Below are positions 50,631 to 60,240 of a stretch of 64,000 nt of DNA, piece after piece. The stretch covers positions 125,682 to 189,681 of the forward strand of contig CAVSPA010000003.1 in assembly GCA_963729715.1 (NCBI GenBank), written 5' to 3'. The stretch comes from an uncultured delta proteobacterium (GTDB lineage: Bacteria > Desulfobacterota > Syntrophia > Syntrophales > UBA2185). How positions within the stretch are numbered: position 1 is the first letter of the stretch; every line of letters begins with the position of its first letter. Both the position numbers and the translations under genes were made by a program. Under the pieces are notes generated by a model. It worked only from the letters and a program-made list of their open reading frames with translations. It did not search any database and was not told the DNA's origin.

Positions 50631-50963
50631 ATGGAATTTATCGTAAAGATATTAATAAGCGTCGCCACCATCGTTGTCTGTACACAGATCGGCAGAAGCT
50701 TTCCCTCGCTGAGCGGCTTGATTGCGACAATGCCTATTGTCAGCGTCATCATTCTGGTCTGGATCTATTCAGATAATCCGGGAAATTTTGAACTGATGGA
50801 AGATTTTACGAAGGCCGCTATTTGGGGAATTATACCTAGTCTCCTTTTTTTTGTGGTTGCCTATATCTCGTTTATGAAGCACTATCCCATCGGTATTGTG
50901 CTGTGCGTAAGCTTCGGCACGTGGGTGGTGGGGGCTTTCGTCCACCAATGGCTCCTAAGATGA
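50631..50963 (+). CDS. Small four-TM membrane protein (DUF3147-like)
   Basis: AGGAG RBS; P.LSGLIATMPIVS motif. Confidence 0.75.
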   Translation: MEFIVKILISVATIVVCTQIGRSFPSLSGLIATMPIVSVIILVWIYSDNPGNFELMEDFTKAAIWGIIPSLLFFVVAYISFMKHYPIGIVLCVSFGTWVVGAFVHQWLLR

Positions 50964-50973
50964 GGTTGAGACA

Positions 50974-51675
50974 ATGGTACTCTCTCACAAATATAAAAGC
51001 ATCGTTTTTTTTACCGGTGCGGGGATGTCCGCCGAAAGCGGCGTCCCCACTTATCGCGGCAGAGGCGGTATCTGGAGCCAGTACAACTGGGAGGAATACG
51101 CCTGTCAGGAGGCATTTGACAGGGACCCGCGGAAGGTGCTCAAGTTTCATGAATTGAGGAGACGATCCGTATTGGCATGCCAACCGCACTCGGGACATTA
51201 TGTTATAGCAGAACTGGAAAAGACTAATCCCCAAGTGAGGGTAGTAACCCAGAATATCGACGGAATGCACCAGCGGGCGGGAAGCCGGAACGTCACGGAA
51301 TTGCACGGCAGTCTCTGGCGCGTGCGCTGCCCCTCTCACGGAATATTCGCGGATATCGGAGAAACATTCAAGAGCTGCAAGTGCAAACAATGCGGCAGTT
51401 GGCTCCGCCCCGATATAGTGTGGTTTGGGGACATGCTGAATCAGGATGTCATCAGCGAAGCTAATTTGATTGTCAGGCGAAGTGATCTTTTTATCAGCGT
51501 CGGCACGTCCGGTGTGGTTTGGCCGGCAGCTGGTTTTCCAAAAATGGCGCAGGAGAGCGGAGCTTACTGCATAGAAATCAACCCGGAACCAAATGAAATG
51601 TCATATTTGTATGATGAAGCCGTCCGGGAGAATGCCGGAAGAGCCTTACCGGCTCTTTTTGAAAAGGATAAATGA
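50974..51675 (+). CDS. cobB: NAD-dependent protein deacylase (sirtuin)
   Basis: TGAGMSAESG, TQNIDGMHQRAG, ELHGSL, LRPDIVWFG, VGTSG. Confidence 0.9.
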   Translation: MVLSHKYKSIVFFTGAGMSAESGVPTYRGRGGIWSQYNWEEYACQEAFDRDPRKVLKFHELRRRSVLACQPHSGHYVIAELEKTNPQVRVVTQNIDGMHQRAGSRNVTELHGSLWRVRCPSHGIFADIGETFKSCKCKQCGSWLRPDIVWFGDMLNQDVISEANLIVRRSDLFISVGTSGVVWPAAGFPKMAQESGAYCIEINPEPNEMSYLYDEAVRENAGRALPALFEKDK

Positions 51676-51973
51676 TGACTTACACAAGCCGTTAACGATT
51701 GTTCCTTCCACACGGAGATACCGTACACAACTGCCCGAAATGAGCGCTCGGATTCTCCGCTCACTTTGCACAATTCATTCAATGCCGTTTAATATTTCTT
51801 TAAATAACCCTCCTGTTTCAAGTCTCTGATAGCCGACAGTGAATTCATCTCAATTGAGAATAGTCCGGCATAATCAATATGTTATAATTTTTTATACAGA
51901 GACTCGCGAAGTTGGCATGGATATTTCATTTGTATAAGGCAAAACAAATCAGAAACAAAGGAGTAAACAGATC

Positions 51974-52249
51974 ATGAAAAAAATATTTAAGACATTAGTC
52001 CTCGCGGTATTTGTAGTTCTCTTGACGGCAACATTCGGCTTCGCCGAGTACACAGCTACAGGCGTAAGCGAATTCCCGTATTTTCAGCTTGGTTGTCTGA
52101 TTGTTGGCGGGATGACGATCATCTCTCTGAAGCAAAAATATCAGAAGATATATACCGGCGAATTGATGGGCGTGTTCACGATGTATACTATTCTCATCGC
52201 CCTCTTCACGGCGCCGGTTTTCAATGCCATCAAAACTTTGGTAAGCTAA
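51974..52249 (+). CDS. Small membrane protein with signal-peptide-like N-terminus
   Basis: AAGGAG RBS; three hydrophobic segments. Confidence 0.75.
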   Translation: MKKIFKTLVLAVFVVLLTATFGFAEYTATGVSEFPYFQLGCLIVGGMTIISLKQKYQKIYTGELMGVFTMYTILIALFTAPVFNAIKTLVS

Positions 52250-52316
52250 GGAAATTAACGAGCCCGGCGTTTAGGGCGGTTTGGCTATCGATCTTGGAGG
52301 AAAGGAGGTTAAGGCC

Positions 52317-52553
52317 ATGTTAATGACGAACAAGACACAACAAGACCGCAAGATGTACAGCGCGATTTTCATGCTGAGTTCGTGGGGGTTTGTCATCGTG
52401 ATTGCCTCATTCCTCTTTCTCTATATGGGACACAAACTGGACGAGCTTCTCGGTACCTCTCCCAACTTTATGCTCGGTTTGTTTTTCCTGGCCATATTTG
52501 CCTGCATCGGCAGGTTGTATCAGGATGCGTGGTTGAAGCGAAAGGATGTCTGA
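52317..52553 (+). CDS. AtpZ/AtpI-like (ATPase gene 1 family) small membrane protein
   Basis: AAGGAGG RBS; G..LD..LGTSP.FM...G pattern. Confidence 0.7.
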   Translation: MLMTNKTQQDRKMYSAIFMLSSWGFVIVIASFLFLYMGHKLDELLGTSPNFMLGLFFLAIFACIGRLYQDAWLKRKDV

Positions 52554-52613
52554 GATCATCCTCCCCCTGCGGAAAACATAAAAGATATTTTCACGATCTG
52601 TGATCCTCGTCAA

Positions 52614-52651
52614 AGCCCCTCTGCTACCGAATAGAGGGGCTCAATTTTTTT
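52614..52651 (+). terminator. Rho-independent terminator
   Basis: AGCCCCTCT/AGAGGGGCT stem followed by a T run. Confidence 0.7.
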
Positions 52652-52924
52652 GTCCCGGACCGGAAGCGCTTCCTTCATCCATTCCGCCTCTGCTCTCGCG
52701 TCTCCACAAAAATTGTCTTTCATTGCCCGTACTGACTCTGGTATATTTAATTCATGAGACGTGTCTTTTCCAGGCGACTAACTATTTCAAGATGATAATT
52801 GAAACAGACTAAAGCCGCAGCTGGGGCAATATCACATACAATCAGGGGGAAATGGCTACATGGCCAAATCATATCTGGCGATTATTACCCAAAGGGAAAT
52901 GGACCGGCGTCCGGGAGCGGCAGG

Positions 52925-55900
52925 ATGACAGCATCCAATGGATGTCCGATCCCGACACTTGATGCAGGAGTTCTGCTCTCTGGATTCCGTGTCCTCCGCG
53001 TTCTACAGATCCCGGAAATACGAATAACTGCATATGAACTGGAGCATTTAATAACAGGCGCGAAAGTCCTTCACCTTCACTGCGATGACCGCGAGAATCT
53101 CTATACCGTGGGTTTTCGCACACCGCCGGAAAATTCCACGGGCGTTCCCCATATTCTTGAACATTCTGTGCTTGCCGGTTCAGAGCGATATCCGCTGAGG
53201 GATGTCTTCAACGAACTGCACAGGGGGACGCTGCAGACATTCATCAACGCCTTTACGTATCCGGATAAGACCATCTATCCTGTAGCGAGTCAAGTGAGGG
53301 CCGATTTCTTCAATCTCGCCCGCGTATATACGGATCTGGTGCTGAGACCCCGACTGTTGAAGGAGACGTTCCGTCAGGAGGGGCACCACCTGGAATTCTC
53401 CAATCCGGAAGATTCGGCAAGCGAACTTATCATCTCGGGGATCGTCTTCAATGAAATGAAGGGCGCTTATTCCTCCCCCGAGGCCCTGATGTACAAGGCC
53501 ATTCAGCAGCATCTCTATCCAGACACCCCGTATTCTTTCGATTCGGGAGGAGACCCCGATGATATCCCGCTTCTCACCTACGAGCATTTCAAGGCATTCC
53601 ATCGCGCCTACTACTCGCCGACAAATGCACGCTTCCTTCTCTACGGCGATATTCCAACGGCGGACCATCTGGCTTTTTTGGAAGAGATGCTTGCAGGCTT
53701 CGATCGTGTGGAAGTGGACTCGACAATAAAGAGTCAATCAAGATGGCAGGAGCCGGCGTCCATCCACGGCTCCTATCCTATCGCTAAAGAAGACGACCCG
53801 AGAAAAAAAACAGCCGTCAACATTGGATGGATGATGGCGGAGAACGTCGAGTATGAAACAGCACTTCTCCTTCAGATAGTTTCGGGTATGCTGGTTGGAA
53901 GCGCTGCCGGCCCCCTGCGCAAGGCCCTCATCGATTCCGGGCTCGGTGAAGACCTGTCTCCGCTTACGGGAGTAGAGCCCGATCTCAAGCAGATAGCATT
54001 TATCGTAGGACTGCGGGGTACGGATCCTGATAAAGCGCGGCGCATCGAAGCATTGATCATCGTTACGCTAAAGGATATTGCAAAATCCGGCTTTGACCGT
54101 ACCCTCGTCGAAGGGACTCTTCACCAAGTGGAATTCAACGGCAAGGAGATTATACGCAGCACGTATCCGTACGGGATCAGACTCATGGGAAGGGCCTACC
54201 ACACCTGGCTGTATGATGGTGATCCCCTCGATGGCATGAATTTCCCGCGGGCCATCGAAAACATCCGCGGGAAATGGGAAGCGAACCCGGAGCTTTTTCA
54301 GGAGATCGTGAGGAAATGGTTTCTTGACAATCCTCACCGATTGCTATCCGTCATGGAGCCAAGTACGACCTACCAAGCGGAACAGGATGAAGCCTTCAAA
54401 AAAAAGATGGCTTTGCTTAAGGTATCACTTTCCAGCGACGATCTGAATAAGATCAGGAGGGACGCCCAAGCCTTGAAAAAATTCCAGGATGAGACGGATG
54501 CACCCGAGGCTGCGTCGGCCCTGCCAAGACTCAGCATCGGCGATATATCGCGTTCGATAGAAACGATTCCCACGACAAAGGCGGCAATGGAAAATGTCCC
54601 GGTCATGATGCATGACATTTTTGCCAATGGCATAGGATACCTCGACCTGGCGTTTGATGTATCTGACGTATCGGAAGACCTTCAGCCCTATCTACCCCTC
54701 ATGGCAAAGCTGATTGTCAATATGGGGGCGGCAGGCCTCGACTACGAAGAAATGGCAAAACGCATTATGTTGAAGACGGGGGGAATAGGTTATCATCTGT
54801 CTGCAGGCATGACCATGGACGGTAGGAATAGCTGGCAAAAGCTGATCTTTAGCGTTAAGGCCCTGCACAGAAATATCGCAGACGCAGTAGGCATAATCTC
54901 CGATATCCTTATAGCAGGGGATATGTCGAATGAAATCAGGATGCGTGAGCTGATTGCAGAAAGGAAAAATGACCTTCATGCTTCTGTTATTCCTTCGGGC
55001 CATACTTTTGCACGGAGGTCCGCAGGTCAGGCTTTATCCATAGCGGCATACAGGGACGAACAATGGTACGGCAGGACGCAGCTTAAGTTCGTCAATATGA
55101 TAGCTGATAAATTCGACGAAAGAAAAAAGGAACTTCTCGAGCGGGTGACTTTTCTGCAACACATGGTTTTCAGAAAAGACAGGCTGCACATTAATTTAAC
55201 AGCAGACGCAGAAGGACTTTCTCTTCTGACAGAAAGTGCGGCTGATTTCGTCGGGCGCTTATCCGCTGGCGGCGGTACAGGAAGCTCGAGTGTCCCGTCT
55301 TGCTCTACGGTTCATGCAGGCATTGCCATTCCAGCCCAGGTCTCGTACGTGGCAAAGGTTCTTCAGGCGCCTGCATACGCCGACCCGCTTTCCGCCCCCA
55401 TGTTTGTTCTGGCCCGGGAATTGTCGAGCGGGTATCTGTACAAGCATATCAGGGTTCAGGGGGGAGCCTATGGGGGCATGTCGCAGTATGACCCGACGAG
55501 CGGCATCTTCGCCTTGCTGTCATACAGGGACCCCAACATAATCAACACCCTGAATGTTTACCACAGGGCGGAGGAATTCATCTCGCACAACAGGATCTCC
55601 GCGGAGGAACTGGAGAAGACCATTATCGGAACAATAGGTTCTCTCGACAAACCCATGGATCCTTCGAGTAAGGGATATGTCGCAATGATTCGTGGCTTCA
55701 CAGGTCTCACAGATATAGATCGCCTGAAGTTCAGGCACATGATCCTTGACATGACTCCGGAACTGTTGTTGGAAGCAGCCTCGCGTTATTTCGCAAGGGC
55801 AGCGGAAACGGCGGTCATTGCCGTATATTCTTCGTTTGAAAACCTTCAAAGGGCCAATGAAATCTTGGAGCCGAAGCTTGAAATAGAGCCGCTGGTTTGA
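52925..55900 (+). CDS. M16C peptidase (presequence protease PreP-like; start uncertain)
   Basis: TGVPHILEHSVLAGS (HxxEH), FINAFTYPD, VFNEMKG, SGGDP, IRVQGGAYG, SYRDP. Confidence 0.93.
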   Translation: MTASNGCPIPTLDAGVLLSGFRVLRVLQIPEIRITAYELEHLITGAKVLHLHCDDRENLYTVGFRTPPENSTGVPHILEHSVLAGSERYPLRDVFNELHRGTLQTFINAFTYPDKTIYPVASQVRADFFNLARVYTDLVLRPRLLKETFRQEGHHLEFSNPEDSASELIISGIVFNEMKGAYSSPEALMYKAIQQHLYPDTPYSFDSGGDPDDIPLLTYEHFKAFHRAYYSPTNARFLLYGDIPTADHLAFLEEMLAGFDRVEVDSTIKSQSRWQEPASIHGSYPIAKEDDPRKKTAVNIGWMMAENVEYETALLLQIVSGMLVGSAAGPLRKALIDSGLGEDLSPLTGVEPDLKQIAFIVGLRGTDPDKARRIEALIIVTLKDIAKSGFDRTLVEGTLHQVEFNGKEIIRSTYPYGIRLMGRAYHTWLYDGDPLDGMNFPRAIENIRGKWEANPELFQEIVRKWFLDNPHRLLSVMEPSTTYQAEQDEAFKKKMALLKVSLSSDDLNKIRRDAQALKKFQDETDAPEAASALPRLSIGDISRSIETIPTTKAAMENVPVMMHDIFANGIGYLDLAFDVSDVSEDLQPYLPLMAKLIVNMGAAGLDYEEMAKRIMLKTGGIGYHLSAGMTMDGRNSWQKLIFSVKALHRNIADAVGIISDILIAGDMSNEIRMRELIAERKNDLHASVIPSGHTFARRSAGQALSIAAYRDEQWYGRTQLKFVNMIADKFDERKKELLERVTFLQHMVFRKDRLHINLTADAEGLSLLTESAADFVGRLSAGGGTGSSSVPSCSTVHAGIAIPAQVSYVAKVLQAPAYADPLSAPMFVLARELSSGYLYKHIRVQGGAYGGMSQYDPTSGIFALLSYRDPNIINTLNVYHRAEEFISHNRISAEELEKTIIGTIGSLDKPMDPSSKGYVAMIRGFTGLTDIDRLKFRHMILDMTPELLLEAASRYFARAAETAVIAVYSSFENLQRANEILEPKLEIEPLV

Positions 55901-55986
55901 TTTTCCATGGGATATCATAGCCGGCGCCAAAAACAAGAGCTGTATAGGAGCTTTGGAGAGCACCTAAGCAGCGCTCGCAAGTAAAG

Positions 55987-56751
55987 TTGACAGCGATGAA
56001 AAGGAACCGTGACTTCCTCAGAGATCTGAGCAGTGTCACACACAGGCCATGCACGTATTTTCCTGAAATCACGGCCCCTGTGGAAGAGGCCTTTTTGTGG
56101 GATGCAAATCTTTCTCCCCGGCAGACTGACGAATTTCTTGCGCGGGGTTGGCGTCATGTCTCGTCGTATTTCTATCGTAACAGCTGCAGCAATTGCCGCC
56201 GCTGCCTGCCCATCCGCGCGCCTGTGGAGAAGTTCGCACCTTCAAAGAGCCAGCGTCGCGTCCTTAGAAAAAACGCAGAGACTGAATTCAAGATGTTTGA
56301 GCCTGCGGAGTTTGCCGTCAAGCATATCAAGAAAAGCCTTTCGATCTATAACAGGTTTCTGCGTATCCGGTATCATAGACCTTCGTGTGATTTGGACGGA
56401 TACTTCAATGAATTTTTTGTGTCGCCAACGCGGCTTCTCGTCTCTGCATTGTTTATAGACGGCAGGCTTGCAGGGAACGGATTCCTTGATCTCGGAGAAA
56501 TATCCCTCTCCACCATCTACTTCTCTTTCGAGCCGCGGTTCAGTTCCTTCTCTCCCGGAACCTTTTCCATCATGAAGGAGATCGAGTGGGCCCGCGACAG
56601 GGGTCTTAAATATTACTACCTGGGGTATTGTATAAAGGAGATCAGCGCGATGCGATACAAGGGATTATTCCGGCCGGCAGAACTCCTCGACTTTGATAAG
56701 GGGGAATGGAAAGAAATGCATAGATTAATGGAAGAATATAAATCAGTTTGA
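55987..56751 (+). CDS. bpt: Bacterial ATE1-like aminoacyl-protein transferase (Bpt)
   Basis: CTY, GWR, CSNCRRC.PIR, PSKSQRRVLRKN, SPGTFSI, YYLGY, MRYK. Confidence 0.85.
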   Translation: MTAMKRNRDFLRDLSSVTHRPCTYFPEITAPVEEAFLWDANLSPRQTDEFLARGWRHVSSYFYRNSCSNCRRCLPIRAPVEKFAPSKSQRRVLRKNAETEFKMFEPAEFAVKHIKKSLSIYNRFLRIRYHRPSCDLDGYFNEFFVSPTRLLVSALFIDGRLAGNGFLDLGEISLSTIYFSFEPRFSSFSPGTFSIMKEIEWARDRGLKYYYLGYCIKEISAMRYKGLFRPAELLDFDKGEWKEMHRLMEEYKSV

Positions 56752-57483
56752 GTCAAGTATTTCTTTCAAGCTCGCCGCATTTTTCGGGGCGTAGCCGCCG
56801 AAGTCATTGTCGAAATAGACATAGGTATCTCTCTTCTACTGCCTTATTTTTCCCGCCCACGCCTTGAGTTCTTCTTCCGTGTAGTCGGATGCATAGAGTT
56901 TTCTGGCGCCGTGGAGGCGGATGTAGATGAAATCGGCCGTTACAAATTCGCCGTATGGATAGCGGCCGGCCGTATCGGATATGCAGAAGGCGATGCTGTG
57001 TTTTCCAAGCTTTGTCATAACCCTGTCGTTGAGCCAGCTTTTGTGGCGCACCTCGAGAGCGCTCAGGTGATTGTATATTTCGAGGTTCTTGCAGAATTCG
57101 TCAAATATGTCTTCGCGAAAGATGAGGCTAGGTGGAAGCCGAAAAAGGACGGGCCCGAGCTTTTCCTTAAGTGTCCTGGCGGCACTGAAGAATTTTTCTA
57201 AAGCTTCGCCCGTATCCCACAACCGCTTGACGTGCGTTATATACCGGTTGGCTTTGACGGCCCACAGGAACCCTTCAGGAGTTGTACGTCTCCAGTTCTT
57301 AAAGGTTTCCGGTTTGGGAAGACCATAGAATGTGGCGTTGACTTCGACAGTTGCGAAGTTTTGGGCGTAGAAACGAAGCCATGCCGATTTAGCAAGTGTG
57401 GCGGGATAAAAAACACCTCTCCAGTGCTCATAATTCCAGCCGGATGTGCCGATATAGATACAAGGGATCATTTTCTTTGACAT
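56743..57483 (-). pseudogene. DUF72 family protein with in-frame TAG (56836-56838)
   Basis: IGTSGW, VEVNATFY, YIRLHG; the frame continues after TAG as KRDTYVYFDNDFGGYAPKNA to TGA at 56743. Confidence 0.85.
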
Positions 57484-57600
57484 AAAATCCTATTTGTCCT
57501 ATAATCAACAGTAATATTGCACTATTTTTAACACACAGGTATAACTCTTATACAAAAATCGGATAAATTAAAAAAAACCACAATGAAGGGAGATGGGGCA

Positions 57601-57948
57601 ATGAGAAAGGTTCATTCATGTTTACTGTTGATTTTTCTACTTGCTGCAACGGGTTGCGCGTCGTTACAATCGCACTATGTCGGCATCAATCCCCAGAGCA
57701 GCGATGAGGCTATTGCCTATTACACGACTGGTCTAACCTTCGCCTCGCAGGGTCAGCACAGAGACGCAATTGGAGAGTTCAGAAAGGCCATCGCAGCCGA
57801 CCCTAATTTCGCCGAGGCTTACCTTGGTTTGAGCAAGTCCTACTATGCCACTAACAATTACGACTTTGCCCTCTATTACAACGTTAAGCATTATGAGACC
57901 GAGGTCTCTCGGGATTACACATACAGCTATCGCCTGGACGTAGACTGA
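57601..57948 (+). CDS. Small TPR lipoprotein
   Basis: Lipobox AATGC; FRKAIAADPNFAEAYLGL TPR pattern. Confidence 0.8.
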   Translation: MRKVHSCLLLIFLLAATGCASLQSHYVGINPQSSDEAIAYYTTGLTFASQGQHRDAIGEFRKAIAADPNFAEAYLGLSKSYYATNNYDFALYYNVKHYETEVSRDYTYSYRLDVD

Positions 57949-58501
57949 CAGCCGGAATCTGATAGAGATAGATGGGATCCGCATGGATGGGTGATTCGGG
58001 ATAAAGTAATTCTGTGTGACGCCATCCCGGAAGCGGGAAATTGCAGGAAATAACGCGGGTCCCCGGACGAAGTTCTTTCTCGAGTTTGTGAGCGAGCCTG
58101 CCCATGACGTCGGGGAAAAGATAACAGAAAACCACATCGGCATCTCGGACATTCACATTCCAGAAATTCTTGAACCTCACCTCAATCCCTTCCATCCCGA
58201 TAGTGCGCAGGCGCGCCAACGTATAAGCGAGAGGATTTACCTCGAACCCCAGCGCCCGGACACCATAGCGCTTCTTCGCTTCCCTGAGAACCCTCCCATC
58301 CCCGCACCCGACATCAACGAGAAGATCACCCACCTTCATCGGTACGTGATCGAGGAACGTCCTGACTCTGACCTGGGCAGAGGGGTGGAACATGGCTCCC
58401 TGCGTAATCGGAAATACGGAGACAAGGGAAAAGGCTAAGAGAAATTTGCAGACAATGAGAATCCCCATAGTCGTAAGAAGTATTATAATCCAGTATGGCA
58501 T
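57884..58501 (-). CDS. Membrane-anchored class I SAM-dependent methyltransferase
   Basis: VDVGCGDGR, GFEVNP, VVFCYLFP...RVISCNF. Confidence 0.88.
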   Translation of the reverse strand: MPYWIIILLTTMGILIVCKFLLAFSLVSVFPITQGAMFHPSAQVRVRTFLDHVPMKVGDLLVDVGCGDGRVLREAKKRYGVRALGFEVNPLAYTLARLRTIGMEGIEVRFKNFWNVNVRDADVVFCYLFPDVMGRLAHKLEKELRPGTRVISCNFPLPGWRHTELLYPESPIHADPIYLYQIPAVSLRPGDSCMCNPERPRSHNA

Positions 58502-58576
58502 ATTTTTCCCTATGTCATCGTGGCAGCGTCGGAGCTATGGTCATTGATTAGTGCAGCGTCCCCGAGATACATTTTT

Positions 58577-59377
58577 CTACTTCAGTATGCGCTCCAGTTC
58601 TTCACGATAGAGCGCGAAGTCGCTTAGATTGTTATGCCCGCCTCCGGGAATTGGAATTAACCGGCTTTGCGTTCTGATAAGCTTGAGGAGGCGCTCACTC
58701 GAATTGTAGGGGACAATATCATCTTCCGTTCCGTGAAATAAATAAACAGGGCAAGGGACATCAGCAATCCACGAGTCCGTGCGCATCGGATACTTAAGGA
58801 TCAAAGCTACAAGTACTCCCGGCATCAAAGGATAGTGATACTTGGCGAGGTCCCGCATGTTGAACATGGGCGACTCCAAAATGAGCATGCGAGGCCGGGT
58901 CTCTCTCGCCAGATGGACTGCAATCCCCGTCCCGATGGATCTGCCATAGACTATAATCTGATTTTCACGATAGCGTTCCTCAAGGTACGTGTAAGCAACT
59001 GCCGCATCCCGGTGCAGCATTGCCTCGCTCTGTATCTTTCCCGTACTTTTTCCATAGCCTCTGTAATCAGGTATGAGCACATCGTATCTCAGCCTCGTGA
59101 AATCAAGGGCAACTTCACCCCAGCCGCTTAGGTTTCCCGCGTTTCCGTGGAAATAGATAATGACCCCTTTGGGATTATCTGTTTTGAAATGCAAGGCGTT
59201 AATGGCAGCGCCGTCAACACTGAGAGTCACTTCATCAAGACGGGCGGGGAAACTGTATTGGAATTCCGGCGGGAGGACTTCCGGATAAAAGATCATGTTC
59301 TCCTGGCGGAAGTAAAAGACGCCGCAGCCTACGATGAAACCCAAAATAACTACCAATAAAAATTTCACGAGTATCAT
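58577..59377 (-). CDS. Alpha/beta hydrolase (Bem46/ABHD-like)
   Basis: YFHGNAG, DYRGYGKS, GRSIG, HGTEDDIVP, GGHN. Confidence 0.9.
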   Translation of the reverse strand: MILVKFLLVVILGFIVGCGVFYFRQENMIFYPEVLPPEFQYSFPARLDEVTLSVDGAAINALHFKTDNPKGVIIYFHGNAGNLSGWGEVALDFTRLRYDVLIPDYRGYGKSTGKIQSEAMLHRDAAVAYTYLEERYRENQIIVYGRSIGTGIAVHLARETRPRMLILESPMFNMRDLAKYHYPLMPGVLVALILKYPMRTDSWIADVPCPVYLFHGTEDDIVPYNSSERLLKLIRTQSRLIPIPGGGHNNLSDFALYREELERILK

Positions 59378-59402
59378 CTTAAATATCCTGAAAGCGGAGA
59401 AG

Positions 59403-59454
59403 ATAAATCCGGTTGCGAGCGAATTCCCCGCAGCAAGCTGCGGAGAGCTTCAAT
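59403..59454 (+). repeat. Dispersed palindromic repeat, copy 2
   Basis: GCGAGCGAATTCCCCGCAGCAAGCTGCGGAGAGCTTCAAT, a few nt past the lexA stop. Confidence 0.8.
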
Positions 59455-59458
59455 GAAC

Positions 59459-60049
59459 TTATTTATGGTATTTCCTTATCACTGCCACAACAACGCCGCC
59501 AAGGCGCAGCTGTGATTTCGGTCTGATGGTCTTATATTTCGGATTGGCTGCCTCGAGGACTATGTTTCTTCCTTCTTTCCGGAAATATTTTATCGCCCAT
59601 TCACCATCCACTTCCGCTATGACAATATCGCCGTTTCGCGGCTCCCGCCCCCTTTCTACAATGACGAGGTCGCCCTCCATGATGCCCGCTCCTGTCATGG
59701 AGTCGCCACTGACCGTAAGGAGAAAGGAAGAACCCGGCCGGGCAATAAGGTACTCATCGAAGGAAATGACATCACGGATTTCCTCTTCGGCAGGGGAGGG
59801 GAAGCCAGCGGCGATGTCTCCTACCATAGGTAGTGCCAGCGAGCGGCGCGTTGGCCTTAAATATCCCCGCGCATCCTTTTCCAGCAATCCTTTGGCGAGG
59901 AGTTTGTTTACCCAGAAATGGACAACGCTCTTAGACCTCACACCAAGGATATGGAGCATCTCGGAATAGGTCGGCATCCGCCTGTTCTCCCGGAAAAAGG
60001 CGGCGATTTTTTCCTCTACAGTTCCGATTGTTCTCTTTCCTTCTTCCAT
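59459..60049 (-). CDS. lexA: LexA-like repressor (HTH plus S24 peptidase)
   Basis: MPTYSEM...GVRSKSVV HTH, IAAGFPSPA cleavage site, GDSM Ser, WAIK Lys. Confidence 0.85.
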   Translation of the reverse strand: MEEGKRTIGTVEEKIAAFFRENRRMPTYSEMLHILGVRSKSVVHFWVNKLLAKGLLEKDARGYLRPTRRSLALPMVGDIAAGFPSPAEEEIRDVISFDEYLIARPGSSFLLTVSGDSMTGAGIMEGDLVIVERGREPRNGDIVIAEVDGEWAIKYFRKEGRNIVLEAANPKYKTIRPKSQLRLGGVVVAVIRKYHK

Positions 60050-60055
60050 GGCGGA

Positions 60056-60085
60056 ATTATATTAGAACTGGCGTTCTAATGTCAA
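60056..60085 (-). promoter_or_regulatory. lexA promoter with SOS-box-like palindrome
   Basis: TTGACA-18-TATAAT on the minus strand; ATTAGAAC-N4-GTTCTAAT at 60061-60080. Confidence 0.85.
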
Positions 60086-60240
60086 GAAAAATGTTCCTGC
60101 GAGTATTGCATTGCCTCCATGAGGAATGGCGTGATAAATAGTCATCTGCTCTTGGGAGAAAGATCTATTAATGATGGGTCCATCACTGAGGATCTTGATA
60201 CAAGATAAAATATCGGCAACAAATTGGGCGGCTATTCCTG

